Below, piece by piece: positions 37,701 through 50,853 of a DNA stretch of 64,000 nt. The stretch spans positions 14,981,132 to 15,045,131 of the forward strand of contig NC_054885.1 of the NCBI RefSeq assembly GCF_018320785.1. The letters run 5' to 3'. This stretch comes from Cheilinus undulatus. Lineage: Eukaryota. The position numbers and the translations under genes were made by a program. Under the pieces are notes generated by a model. It was not told the DNA's origin, did not search any database, and saw only the letters and a list, made by a program, of their open reading frames with translations. Within the stretch, counting starts at the first letter, position 1. The number at the start of each line of letters is the position of its first letter.

Positions 37701-40261
37701 GAGGGTTCTCTTATTTCAAACTACTTCCTATGTAGAGTTTATTTGTAGTTCTAGTTTCATACTTTTGGGCCTTAACTGTGAGAAATTGCATATTTATAGC
37801 TTGAGGAACGAGAGTTTAACAAACCTAAACTCAAGCAAACCATATTAGATAACTGAAAATAATTATAACGTAGTATTTCTTAAATTTTTTGTAACGGACA
37901 GAAAAGTTTATGCTCATTTCAAGAATTTTATAAAATATAGGTTGGAGAGCCAAATAAAGATCTGTATTTTTCCAGGTAGGTATGCACAGCTGCATTAGTT
38001 TGATATTGGTGTCAGCCAATATTAATTCTTCTGATGGTCCTTAGCCATCAGCAAATAAGCGTAAAAGGCATATTGATGTCAATAGCAGATGTTCATCTGT
38101 TGTGTCATATTGATTTAAGACTGGCATTCAGCATACCTGACGGCTGACTCAGAGGAGCATTTTTTTATTGAGTAGAAGATGAAACATGTTGGACAAACTC
38201 CAATCTGTTTTATGGTGAGAAAAAATTTTTGGCATTGTGAGAGCGTTACACCAAAAAAAAGTCATGAAAAAACAGTGGTATTAATATTAGCCGTCTACTT
38301 ATTCAAACATCATTTGCCATCAACCCTAATGTTTACAAACGGTGCATGTCTATTTGTAGGGTTTAGTGATGACTGGGATCCACTGGTTTAGGTGTGGATG
38401 CAGAGGTGTTTTTATAGACAAATTCACCTTACAGTAGTCCAAAGCAGATAAAAAGATGGCCTGTGGTTCTAAAAAAGCACTAATAAATGTCAGAAAAAGA
38501 TGCATCAAGTAAAACATTTCCCTCTGAGAAGTCAAAGAGTACTAGTAGTGCCACCAAAAGAAGTTCCCACTATGAGTAATTGTACTGGTTTGTCATGTCT
38601 TCGTGTTTTTTGTTTCACTAAACTGAATGCAAATGTTTATTCAAAGCTGCTGCTTTTACAAGTAGGCACTCTTAAGACTCTGAGCAGAGGAGCATCGATC
38701 ATTGTGTGTACACTTTGTCATGTGTGTGGTTTCTGTGTTGAAGGTGTGTCCATGTGCATACCTGAACTTCACTCTCTGACATTCAGTTTGTTCACATAAG
38801 CTGAAGACATTTTAAAAAACAAGATTTCTTTCAGGTTGTCCAGTTTGTCGAGTCTGACATGAGTTTAATGTACATGCAGCCAAATCCCCTGTCATATAAA
38901 CATATTTCTTGTAGTTTTTTTCTGACTCATGGTTGAACTATGAGCTTCATCTCTGTACTTTAGGACTGAGCATCAGTGGACAGTGTAGCAGAATAAAGAA
39001 AAGTTTGTGAAATGTACTCAATGAATGTTTTCTTGAAAAGTTTCTTGAAAAAAGAGAAGCCAGACCTGTAAAATACTCTAAATTTGTCTGACAGAATTTA
39101 CTTTCACTATAACTCTGATTCATTATTCAGACCAACTTTTCCCACATCAAATACAGATTGCAGCACACATGGTCTCGTATTTTCTGGCAGAGTATCAATC
39201 TTATATCCAATGCTGCTTACAACAAAAACATACAGGATATTTGATCTGCAACACTGGGTCAGAACCAACATCTTTTCCCAATTAAAACAAACAAACAGTA
39301 CTGCTGCATAAAGAGAAACCAGTTAAACTTGACTCAAATGACTGCGGTAGGTAGTGCTGGTTAGGAAGTCAATGGTTATTGTTTATAACTCTTAAACAGG
39401 AAATACCTGTACCATCTTGTCCCATCATTTAAAAGGAGCAGATTCAGCTCTGTCACTACTTGAAATCACTGTAATCTGCTCATGTTGTTCATTTGTGGGA
39501 CTTTGCCAGCTGTGATATTGATTATGAATCAAGTAACAATGAGATGTACAGAGTCACATTTCAGTCAGGTGGTGAACAAGGCAGTACTTCACAAAAACAG
39601 GGAAGATGGGAGGTGCCTTTACTGCTTCAGTTCTGTGTAAAGTACATGAATCTGCACTGCTGACAACAAAATGGCTCTGTTCTCCCTTCTGTCACAGTGT
39701 AGTTAATCATAAAGCATAACAAAGCACAATAGATGGGCCCGCTGCTCATAAAGAAAATCTAATTATTGCGTGGGACAACTTCCTGGTTGTCCTGCCAACT
39801 TCTTTTTCATGTGTGTAGAACCATTCACCAAAGATCCCGTTAATCCTTTCCTAAAATGGCATTATGTGATCACACTTGGACACTATTATTTTGAGCATTT
39901 TTCCAAATTACAGAGAGCTTTGTTCAATTCGGCATGAGTTACATAAATATGTGGTGGTACAAGCTCCAGAAATGGCTTCCCTACAAGTTAAGACACCGCC
40001 TCTCTGCGCTGATTCCAATCACTGTTCATTGCCAGGTTTTTTGCTGTTACTGAAAAAACTATCAGATGTTAAAAGTAGTAATTTCTCTTAATGAAGTCCT
40101 GCCCGGTGATTCAGAAGCATGCCGATTTCAACGTTAGCTTCGACACTTTTATATATCATCTGGACATTTTTTTCAAGCATGCGCACAAGTTTGCAAATTT
40201 TAGGAAAGCTATAAAGTGAAGATTTTATAACGAGGTTCTCTGTGCTGCAAAGAGGAATGAA

Positions 40262-40460
40262 AAGCCACTTCCGGGGTTCTTACCTCGTCCTACAGGGCTA
40301 AGCAGCAGGATGCGGAATGCAGGCGGCTCAGAGGAGTCCTGACACACACTGACGGTGGTTTCCCCGTGGAAACTTCTGTAGATAATCGAGGACAAACACA
40401 ACGACAGCTGGACACTAATTGGAGGGGGCGTTACTGCTGCGTCTGGATCCCGGAAGAGGG
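40262..40460 (-). promoter_or_regulatory. mvp: CpG-rich putative promoter plus noncoding first exon of mvp (minus-strand donor gacgag|gtaagaacc at about 40283)
   Basis: only CpG-dense segment between the mvp ATG (36881) and the next gene; ETS/GABP-like CCGGAAG motifs (40278-40284, 40449-40455) and CACGTG E-box (about 40476); minus-strand GTAAGA donor. Confidence 0.4.
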
Positions 40461-43029
40461 AAAAAAACAGCAGTCACGTGGTTTACAGTATGTGACTTAT
40501 GAAGTAGTGGTGAGAATTCAGGATCTTTGAGTGATCCGAATCATTTGGCTCAGCTCAGCAAGAAGAGCTGGCTCTTTTGGCTCCCAAATGGCTTTTCATT
40601 TGTGTACTGGTTTGGCTTAATTTAGCAATATCATAACATATGATTGATGCATCAAGTAAGTAATCTATTCACTGTAACTTAAATACTGTAAGAAGGCTCT
40701 CTGTGGTAAAATGCCTCTGCTCATATGTACATTTGCACTAATCAGCTATCTTACCTTGCATGTTTTATACTCTGATCATATCTAGGCTGCATCCTTGTAC
40801 CGCTTGCACATCTAGCAAAAAATACTATCAATGCACACAGACTTGTATATACTAGAAATAATATCTAACCAGAGCTTGTATGTATTTAAATCTTAATCTT
40901 TTTATACTTTTTTACAGTTTTTTTTATTTTTAATTACTGTACGCTGAGAGCAAAGCTAACCTGAGTAGAATTCCTTGTTGTGTAAGCATACTTTGCCACT
41001 AAAGCTGATTCTGATTCTCCTGATTAGGATATTTGTGCTTGTATTTTACCCCTCTAGGGGGGATCACATGTGTCATGGAGGTGTCTGCTGGGAAGATAGC
41101 CGGAGAGATGAGGCATGGGCCTGGCATGGTCGTCAGGAGGCCATAGCAGTGCAGGACCAAGGGGACTTGCTGAGCAAACATGCTCCCATATCTGACCTGA
41201 ACTATGCTCAATTTTTTTAGATTGATAAAAAATATTAATATTTTTACAATGATGAATACAATGATGTAAATGTCTCTCAAACTGGATCCGGATCTTATTG
41301 TTCACATTAAAGAGTCAGTTCAAAGAGCCGGCTTGTTTATGAATGGTCCATCACTATTATGAAAGACTGAGCTGAGTCACACCAACATGAAAAAAAAACA
41401 ATTTTCTAAACATTTGATAGTCTTATATGAAAAGAAAACAACATCCATGTGTTATGTGTTATAAGTCACATTATATGTATCATTTTTACATGGTTTGAGA
41501 TAGTAACACAACAAAAGGTCCTTGATTAATACAGATAAAGTAGATGTAACCTTTCTTTATTAAAGTTTCTGCCATCACATGTTTATGTTTAATATAATGC
41601 ACAGCACTGGCATGCCCTTACAACCACCCAAATTCTGACTTTGTCTGGACATGTTAAGAGCTATAATTTCTCTGTTAGTCCACTAGATGGTGCCTGAGAC
41701 ACCCACAAGCATATAGGACAGAGTGAACACAGAACCTAGGGAAGGCCATTTCCACCTCTTTAAGAAGTCAGTCTTTGTAAGCATGGCCTAACAACCACTC
41801 GTCTATCATGAATATCAGCCCAGTCTGCTCCCATAAAGTATATTTACACCACCAGTGTATGAAAAATATCTACCATTGTAGCTCAATGGTAGAGGCTCAT
41901 ATCTTCCTGTAGTCTTTTCTTTCAGGAAAAAGAATTGACCCTTGCTGAGTACGTAGTTTCATCTTAATGATGACTTATTTTATTTCATTTTGAGAAAAAA
42001 GCCCAGTTTTGTTATTGGAGGTTTAGGATAAATTCAGTGCATGGACGTTAAGCATTATATGGCTTTTATTGCAGAAACTTAAGATTGAAACAGTGAGATG
42101 TGCCAGTGCTTCAGCCCCATTGTAACAATTGGCTGCTGTAATTTCACTGTGCCACCGGATGTCGCTGTTTTTTAAAAATGAAATCCGAGGGTTTCCAACC
42201 TTTATGGCACAAGTGGAAGGAAGGTCTCCATGCCCCGAGATTCACTAGCCAACACAAAACCTTTATCCAATGGCAGACTCAGTGAGCTTGAGGGGCAAGG
42301 GAAAAAATACTTTTTAAAAAGTGCACTAAAAAAATCATCATGCGTTTTTTGTAAAGAAGATGGAAATCCTGTTTAAATTTAAACAGTTTACTATTATGGT
42401 ATTATCCCTCCTACACCTCTGTAATAAAACAGACAACGAATTATGAAGTAATCGCTTAAATGAGCTAAATTTTAACTTGAATGCACAACAAAGCAAACTA
42501 CCAGGTAAATTGTTTTAGTTTGATTTAATGAGAAAATGCATATACTAATACTGATTTTGAAAAAATAAAAATAAAATGACAATACAGAACAATAAATAAA
42601 AGGATTCAACTGGTAAAACAAAAAAATGTGCAGTTTAACAATACATACAGAAAGGACAAAAAGGACCTAGCAGATATGATAAAATACGTCACTGTACAAG
42701 TGAAAATATAAAATAATAATAACTCAGGGTTTTTACATATAAAACTAGTTCAAACTTTACAAATAGAAATAAAGAAAATGTAATACTAGCAGTTTCACAG
42801 CATGTTTAATGTAAAATATGGCAAAAAAAGATTCATAATTAAAATAAAAAGAAAACAAGAAATAATATAATTGTAACTGTCTTTGACAACTAATCTGTGA
42901 AAAAGAAGTTGAAGTTGTGTTATGAAATGCTAGCTATTTATTAAGAATGGGCACAAAACCATGACACTTTTAAATAAATGTATTGAGGGTCAAATGTAAA
43001 AAAAAAAAAAAAAATCTAGTGAATAGTTT

Positions 43030-43170
43030 TCAGGGTGAGGTTTGGTCCAAAGCGCGGTGGGCGAGCCTCAGGTTTTCACGCAGTTCATCTGTCTCCCTTT
43101 CAGTTTTGGCCCTCAGGATGTTCAGCTCTGTAAACGTTTCCTTGTACTTCTTAGTGGCGTTTCTCTTGTC
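43030..43170 (-). CDS. triobp: TRIOBP-like last exon (DKRNATKKYKETFTELNILRAKTERETDELRENLRLAHRALDQTSP*)
   Basis: acceptor ctcattacag|gac; matches the TRIOBP-1 C-terminus [41 protein letters not shown] (from memory); TGA stop at 43030-32. Confidence 0.7.
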   Translation of the reverse strand, partial: DKRNATKKYKETFTELNILRAKTERETDELRENLRLAHRALDQTSP

Positions 43171-44064
43171 CTGTAATGAGATGTACAGAAACACAACATT
43201 TTAAGATAATGAATCATTTGTCCTGTTTGTGGCTAAAACCACCACCTGAGACACGGCTGCACTGGTTGCTCCATGATCCAATAGGTCAATTAAAAGTGAC
43301 ATCCAGTAATGGTGCTTTTCCATTGAGTATTCTGGTTCACTTTGGTTTAGTAAGGTTTGCATTAGTTTGTATTCCTAAAATCAGTATGTGCCATCCTGCT
43401 GTTTTGGCACTCTTCTTTTGGGTACCAAGCATACATATCTAACCTCAAAGGGTGAAGCTAGACACAGCGGTTCACTGATTGATCGAAACACTATTTTTAA
43501 ATATCCCATGGGTCTTGAGAGAGCAATTTCAAAGCTGTTCATGTGCTTTGCAAATTATGTCAGTGAAACAGTTCTTGTCTTGTTGTGATAAACAGCCACA
43601 TGCCAAGAGGACAGGGCACAAACTGCTGGATCTCCTCCACTGTTTCCCTTTGTTTACTGTGCCAGACTCTTCACTGAATTTCCTGACAGGCTACTTTGTA
43701 AGGGTCCAGTTGGCTGTGGAGACACAAGCAAGATCAAGGTTTACTGTACCAAACCAGACTAAACCAAACCAGACTTCATGGTGAAAATGCAGCATAAAAG
43801 TGTACTTGGGGGTCTTGTTTCTGCCATTGCCAGGTTCTGATTGCTATAAGTGCATTACAGATCATAATAGACAGGATTCTTTCAGATACAGAACCTCTCT
43901 TTTTAAGAGGAACATGTTTTTAAACCAGAAACAGCTTTTACATCACTCTCTACAAAGACACCAGGCCTCGCTGAGAAAAACAGCTGATCATGGGAGTACC
44001 TGATCTGCAGTTGCCTTTATCAGTTAAGAATCATGAGAGTGTCAGATTTAGATTTGTGTCTTAC

Positions 44065-44151
44065 CCTCTGAGCTGTCTGAAGCTCGTCCTTCAGGGATGT
44101 TGTCTCCTGTTTCAGACTCTGAACTTCAGACTCCTTCACTCTCAACGTGAT
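44065..44151 (-). CDS. triobp: TRIOBP-like exon (ITLRVKESEVQSLKQETTSLKDELQTAQR)
   Basis: acceptor ttaattcag|atc, donor agg|gtaaga; matches TRIOBP ...[24 protein letters not shown]. Confidence 0.7.
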
Positions 44152-45557
44152 CTGAATTAAAAAACAACAAAAGCTGATTATAAGAAGAAAGCAGAGTCAA
44201 CCTCATAGCATGCATACTAAAGAAGAATAAGTCTATGTGTCCTTTAAGAGCACCTGAAGTCACAGGCAGGAACTCTGACTCAGTAGATAACTCCACTCAT
44301 GGTGTAAATGTGTCTTACATCAGAAATAACAATAATCCACTGGAAACGTGAGCAAAAGCCCCAGCAGGGAGGCAACACCCAAACCCAACTAAAACACTTC
44401 TAAACACTCTGCCCAATGGCACAACAGGGATTCCTGCCCACAGATCCTCCTGGATTAGAAATGCAGTGGGCAGAGCTTAGATCAGTTGACTCTTTACAGA
44501 GTTGAACTAACACTGTTGAATCAGCACTGCCAAATAACTTCAACACTGACGACCATTTCACTCAGAGTGGAGTTAAAATCAACCATGAAAAGTTTAACCC
44601 TGAGATAACAACACTCCAGTCTTTGCTGTGCATAGCAGCTGTTTTAGGATGTACATTCTCGCTATGTGCTACCGTGTAGTCAACAGAGGTGGAAAAAGGA
44701 CTAGAGCATAGTACTCAAGGAAAAAGTACACTTTGGTTAAAACTTACTAGAGTTTAAATAAAAGCACTTGTAGGAGAGTGTAGGAGAGACCTGACACGCT
44801 GCCCAGTTTCACTCAGCTCTGCTGCCTACTTCTTGTTTTGAATTGAGGACTCTGTTTTGTAGAAGGTGTATCTATCAACAGTAAACCACTGTTTTCATTG
44901 CATAGGCTTATGTCACATATTGATGGAGAAAAGCTGTTAAAAGAGACCTTCCTGATTAACACTGCAAGCTTCTTGTAAAGTTTTTTATTAAGCAGAGTCT
45001 TCAATCCAAAATAAGTGGTAAGCAATAGAGGTAGTTGGAGCTGAGCAATACGTCTCTATTTGTCGACTTTTGTTACTGTTTTGATCCCCCTATCTGCGGA
45101 ATTTAAATACTGTGTGTTTAACACAACAGTGACATAACAGCTTTAAGTTTCTTTGTTTGCACATTTATACATCCAGCAGTTTCAGAGCAACATTCAACCT
45201 CATCTGAAGTCTTCAATCAACCAGTCATCTATCCAGATGAGTTCAGTATTTTTATTATTTTAGATGTCACTTTGGTCTCTAAAACCCTCTGAAGAAAATA
45301 AAGGTCTTTTTAGCTTCTCAATGTCCAATATGTTCAGTTATTCATCTCAAATGGTCTCCATCTGTCTGAAATAAAATGACTTCATTTAATATCAAATACC
45401 TCACATTTGCCCTATAGTCCAGTACTTCCACAAGAGAGAGTTGAAATTGTGCCTTTTGAAGATACATTTGTTAAAATAAAATGATATACACTGTTTAAAG
45501 TTTTTTGTAAGGCCTACACAGCTCCTTCTTGTTAATACAAGTCAAGAGAAACTTTAC

Positions 45558-45659
45558 CTCCATCTCGTATACGTCCATCCTCTGACCAAGCTGCAGGTCA
45601 TCCTGCTTCACCTGAGAACACAGTCTGCTGATCTCTGCAGCCAGGTGAGCGCTAAGCTC
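45558..45659 (-). CDS. triobp: TRIOBP-like exon (ELSAHLAAEISRLCSQVKQDDLQLGQRMDVYEME)
   Basis: acceptor ctccttcag|gag, donor gag|gtaaag. Confidence 0.65.
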
Positions 45660-45744
45660 CTGAAGGAGATGAAACATCTCACAGGTAAGTCTTTTTATCA
45701 TGAACATCCTGTGGTAACACTAACTGTTTGTGTGTGTCCCTCAC

Positions 45745-45904
45745 CTGGTTCCTGGTCCTCAGGTGCTGATTCTCCTGCTGACACACACTGAGAGCCTTCC
45801 TCTCTGCCTCCAGAGCCTGAACGAGATGGCCGACCTCCAAACACCTCAGAGTGAACTGCTGAGAGAGAACCTGCAGCTCCCTGTGACAGGAGGCCAGCTC
45901 CTCC
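45745..45904 (-). CDS. triobp: TRIOBP-like exon ((R)EELASCHRELQVLSQQFTLRCLEVGHLVQALEAERKALSVCQQENQHLRTRNQ)
   Basis: acceptor gtgtgcag|g, donor cag|gtgagg; matches TRIOBP [36 protein letters not shown].L...NQ. Confidence 0.75.
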
Positions 45905-46012
45905 CTGCACACAAAGACAATCATTACATAAATATATGTTTCAAGTTTCAGAAGTAAAATACAGAACTGGAATCTTTATTCTTGATATGATTTTGAGAAG
46001 ATGAATCCATAC

Positions 46013-46130
46013 CTGTGCCGTCTGTAAATCTCCTCCAGGTGAGCGTTACCCGAGTTGTTCTCACACTGACGTCTCCTCTGCTCCTCCCTCTGCAGCTCCA
46101 TGCGGTGGGCACTTTTTATTGCCTCAATTG
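46013..46130 (-). CDS. triobp: TRIOBP-like exon ((A)IEAIKSAHRMELQREEQRRRQCENNSGNAHLEEIYRRH(R))
   Basis: acceptor ctccactcag|ca, donor ag|gtatgg; matches TRIOBP SAIEAMKKAY.EEL. Confidence 0.7.
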
Positions 46131-46314
46131 CTGAGTGGAGAGGAAAGCAAAGCAGTTTCATTGTTAGGTAAAGGAACTGCAGTTTTTGTTACTTATATGC
46201 TGGCTTCATTTCGCAGTCATAAAGGCTGCATGATCTAATCGAGGTTTAACTTTTATTGTTTCATTGTGAAAATGCAAAGCATAAACAAAACATCTGATGG
46301 CTGACTCTTCTCAC

Positions 46315-46462
46315 CAGTTGCCGTGGCAGCGCTCTCCTCCTCCAGCAGTTTGTCTCGCTCCATCAGGAGACGCTCCACTTCCTGTTGGTGTCGACGCTGC
46401 AGCTCCTCCACCACCTTAAGGTGAGCCTCCTCCATGGAGGCCATACCAAGCTTGCAGGTAGC
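46315..46462 (-). CDS. triobp: TRIOBP-like exon (ATCKLGMASMEEAHLKVVEELQRRHQQEVERLLMERDKLLEEESAATAT)
   Basis: acceptor ctctttag|gct, donor g|gtgaga; matches TRIOBP [31 protein letters not shown]. Confidence 0.75.
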
Positions 46463-46921
46463 CTAAAGAGCAAAAGACAACATCTTTATAAACTTTACTT
46501 TTCTGTTGAAGAGCTGTTGAGTTAAAACTATGAGATCACTGGAATAAAATACATTTTTTTAAACACACAGTTTAAAGAAACCTGGTAGTTGTCTCATTAA
46601 TATGTGTTATAAAGGATGCAACAATAGCTGTGTCCCATTTCAAGGACTGCATTCTTTGAAGGGGGCATCTGAAGACTGATAGCATCACAATGGCATTTCA
46701 AAGGCAGTGTGCCTGGGCAACAAGGATGTAAGGGTCGTTAGGGATGGGTTAGGACTGCCTAAATGACAGTAAAACTTTTGACTTTGATTATGAACTCAAA
46801 GCCTTTACACTAAATGTAAATAACCTAACCTACAAAAACTATTTACAAAACATCTAATATAGCCAACTGAACAGTGTGCTTGCAGATGTAGCTAAAGCTG
46901 AGGCTACACTAGCAGCATCTA

Positions 46922-47548
46922 CCGTATTTTCCAGACTATAAGTCGCACTTTTTTCATAGTTTGGCTGGTCCTGCGACTTATAGTCAGGTGCGACTTATAT
47001 ATCAAAATATATATAATTTATCATGTTTTTAAATGTCAGTTCATACTGACCGACATGAACCAAGGAAAAAACATTACTGTCTACAGCCGCGAGGGGGCAC
47101 TCTAGGCTTGTGACAACTATATGCTGCCCCTGCGATACCGACGATGAAGAATTCAATGGATTCAGTGATGTGGAATTAGATTGGGAGCTTGGAAAACTTG
47201 CTTACCGGAAACTTGCTTGTTGGACTCGCTGGCTTATTATGTTAATTTAGCCTATTCAGCCTCCCAGATGTATTCTTTATGCTGTTGTGTAGCTGAATAA
47301 CTGTTAATGTGTTACATTAACATACCGGACACCTATTCAGCCTGTTGTTCTGTGTGCTATTGTGTGGTTGAATAACTTGCCTTTCCAGATTAAGTGTCTG
47401 TTCTTGGTCTGGATTTTGTGAAATAAATTTATAAATAAATGCGACTTATAGTCCAGTGCGACTTATGTATGTTTTTTTCCTCTTCATGACACATTTTTTG
47501 ACTGATGCGACTTATACTCCGGAGCGACTTATAGTCCGGAAAATACGG
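46922..47548. mobile_element. TA-flanked MITE in a triobp-like intron; TIR ccgtattttccagactataagtcgcac; internal gcgacttata sub-repeats
   Basis: taCCGTATTTTCCAGACTATAAGTCGCAC...GCGACTTATAGTCCGGAAAATACGGta; terminal about 27 bp are reverse complements. Confidence 0.75.
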
Positions 47549-48266
47549 TACTTAGCTAAAGCTATGTTATCTATCACTGCCCACATTAGCTTACATAGCT
47601 ACAATAGTTTAAATAGCTACATTAGTGCTAATGCTAACATAGCTAAAGTGAGACTCCATTTGCTAACTACATCTAAAGTGGCAATTACATCGTACCCACA
47701 AGTTGTATTTCTTGTGTCCTGACAGAGAAAGTGTCTCACAGTGGTGGTTTGCAGGAGGGGCGTCTGAGACCCCTCTGCAGCCAGACCCCACTCCAATTTA
47801 TTGTACCAATACAAAGGAGATGGCAGACCCTCAATTTACCAAAAAATACAGTCTTCTGGCCCTATCTAGATGCAGATCAGTCAAACGTGGCATCCAGTTT
47901 CTTGGAGCAGACACCTACTGACCACTATAGCAGCGCCCATGGTCCAAGGCGCTGACAACCAGGTGCCTGATTGGCACCTGGTTGTCAGCACCTGGGGGTA
48001 CCAGAAACTCAATACAAGTGTCAGTCGCAACAGCAAAACAAGCTGTTTGGCATTTGCAGAAAAGATTTGACAAATCATGGGCTCAACCCACATACTCAGC
48101 TCTGCTGCTCATCCCACAAATGCATGTTCCTTACAAATGTGGCCTCATTTAAGGCTTTAGGCTTTCCAACAGTATAAGACTTGTTCCCAAGAAGCATTGT
48201 AACAACAGTAAGTAAAACTAAGTTTCTATACACATACATCTTTAAGAATCACCCAGCAGCACTCAC

Positions 48267-48467
48267 CTTCAGCTTCTCCATCTCTCTCTCATGTTGTGTC
48301 TGAACAGAACTCAGTTTCCCATCAAACCTTGCTCTCATTTCCTCCATGATGGACAGCTGTTCCTCCAGCTCCTTCACTCGTCCTCTAAGGAGTAAAAACT
48401 CATCTGTCTCTGAGTGCCACTCTGTTTCCTGGTATTCTTCTCTTTCCTTTTTCTCCTCCATGCTCTT

Positions 48468-48498
<31 letters not shown>

Positions 48499-50318
48499 CA
48501 CAAAGGAAAGACTTCAACACACTCCTCCTGTGCTGTCCGATCATTATTTTCCTCAAATTCAACTTGTAACTCAGTGTAAGAGTCCCGTGTTTGAGTCTCT
48601 TCTGTCTGACAACTTGAGTCCACATGTTCTTTTAGTGATGGTGGCTCTTCTTCCTCTCTGTTGGACAGCTTTTCTGTCAACTCCTGGTTTTCTTTCATAA
48701 CATCAACACAGTTTGGACAGAGAGCTGAAGTAATGGGCAGAGGTTGTATGTTTTCTCTGAGTTCAAATCGAGACTGAAGGTAGCAGGAGAGAGCTTCATC
48801 GGCTGCAGAGATAATAAGACCAAACCACAAAGAATCTGACGTGGAAGAGTCTGACAGTCTATCTGCAACCAGCTTGAGTCTGTCCAGTGTGGAGGAGGTG
48901 ATAGAGGAGGTAAGGAGGTTCAGTAAAGAAATTTTCATCTGTATGATGTCTTTAAAATCTTTAATCTCTAATCTCTTGTTTTCGTCTTTTTTCCAGAAAC
49001 AATCCAGATGTGTTAAAACGTTTCCCTCTTCCTCTGAGCATGAATCTGTTTCAGGAATTAGACTGAGCCCTACAAGCAGCATCTGTTTTTCCACCATCAT
49101 CCTCTCCATCACCTCCCTGAGGAGCGTCTCTTCAGAGTGATTTGATTCCAGTTTGCTGATCACTGAACTCAAGAACTGCTCCTCCTTCTCCAGCTGGCTC
49201 TTCATCGTCAGCTCCTCCTCCTCCTCCCCACTCAGACTGATATCTACTTCATCCATCATCTCCAGGAGTTTATCCAAAGCCTTCATTCTCATCCCCATCC
49301 CCTCCATTACTCTCTGGATCTTTTCATCAGAACCTAAAACTCTGCTGCCCTCTTCATCATTTTGACTCTGCTCCCTGGGATAAGACTCTGCCCCTTCAGC
49401 TGATAGATGGTGAAGTTCTTTCGCCTCCTTCAATCCAGTTTCTAGCTCTTCACAGCTTTGTTCTGATTGGTTCAGCTGCATTTTTTCCTCCAAACACAGA
49501 TGTCCATCCTCTTTCCTCTTGCTGTCTTCCTTAAGTTCCTCCTCTTTTTCTGCCGTGTTGTTCAGCTGCAGAAGCTCACCTGTTTCCCTCAGGCTCTCCT
49601 CCAGTGAGGAGATCAGACTCTGAGCCTCAAGAAGTTCCTGGCTCCTCAGACTGAGCTCCACCTGCAGATCCTCCACCCAAGACCCCTCCAGCTTCTCCTC
49701 TTCATCTTTAAGGTGGCAGGGCTCTTCATCAGGTGAGTGTTGTGTTTCAGAGAGCCTTGTGTTGAGTTCTGCCCTCAGACGCTCAATCTCAAAGCTGGCC
49801 TCTGTCAGCTGGTGCAGCAGCTCTTGATTCCTCTGGTTCAGCGCCTCCTTCTCACTAATAAGGAGCTGCACCTCCTGTGTGAGCCGCCTTAGCACCTCCT
49901 GGTCTGGAGGAAGGTGATGCTCCACACAAAGGCTCAGAGAAGGGTCATCAGTCTCTTCAGGCTGATCAGTAATTGATGATCCATTATGGTTGTTTTGACC
50001 CGGCTCATCCTGATCAGCCTGCAGGATTGTTGATTCTACGGCTAGGAGAGCTTCTGCAGTCATTCCTTCTGCTGTTGGGGGGGGTGAGGATGATGATGAT
50101 GATAAAGGTGTGGTGTCTGTATGAAGAACCTCCTTCAGGTTCCCATCAGAGTCGTGCAGCAGGATGCTCGGTGTTAAAGGAGGATGTTCCTGTCTGATGA
50201 TGTTCTGCTCCTGTGAGCTCTCCGTTCTTTCTGTCAGTGTTTCTGTTTGAATGTTTGACGGCTTTTCCTGTATTTCTGCTGGAGAGCAATCTGCATCAGA
50301 TTTAAGAGGAGGTTCCAG
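48267..50318 (-). CDS. triobp: TRIOBP-like giant exon (684 codons; acidic Ser/Glu/Leu-rich coiled-coil/low-complexity region with a D10 run)
   Basis: uninterrupted 2052-nt frame between acceptor tctcttacag|ctg and consensus donor aag|gtgagt; in phase (0/0) with neighbouring exons; (GAT)10 at about 48466-48497 encodes CDDDDDDDDDDK. Confidence 0.65.
48466..48497. repeat. (ATC/GAT)n trinucleotide microsatellite inside the coding exon (poly-Asp)
   Basis: tcatcatcatcatcatcatcatcatcatcatca on the + strand. Confidence 0.9.
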
Positions 50319-50766
50319 CTGTAAGAGAAAGAATAAGAAAAGTTGAGTAATCATCAGTAAGTTAAACACAGATTATGACTCAAGTCTCTGGGCTGAATTG
50401 CAGCCAAGTGTATGAGTTTTAGGCATGTAGGGCACTAAGGATTTTTTTTCTCTTTTGTCCAGGCCTTTTCACACCTGGTAACTCGTCCAAAGACCGCTGG
50501 TGGTTTTTCGAGCCCTTGTAATGTCCACAGCACAACCAGGGGCTCATGCCAACTCTACTAATCCCCCTAGAAAGTACCCTAGAAAATACCCAATAGCTTA
50601 TCTACTTTTCCCCCTTGTAATACTTAAAGACATCCAGAGCATGACAGGGGTTGTGTCAATCCTCCTTCTTGCCCCATGGTGCCCTCAGGTTACTTGTCAC
50701 ATCTATGCATTACTTCAGCTTCAATTTTTGGCCCAAACATGCCCTTAAGTTCTGCACAGTACACAC

Positions 50767-50853
50767 CTGATTGCTGGTTACTGCTCTCAGCTGATCCTCC
50801 AGTTTCAGTCTGAGACGTTCCGACTCTTCCAGCTGAGCCTTCAGATCATCCAC
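50767..50853 (-). CDS. triobp: TRIOBP-like exon (VDDLKAQLEESERLRLKLEDQLRAVTSNQ)
   Basis: acceptor gtgttaag|gtg, donor cag|gtgtgt; phase 0/0. Confidence 0.6.

Noticed and set aside
40975-41305. overlapping ORFs on both strands (81-93 aa) about 500 bp from the CpG region
   Set aside because: No conserved motif, and the frames overlap each other. The segment is probably a repeat fragment and was not called as an exon.
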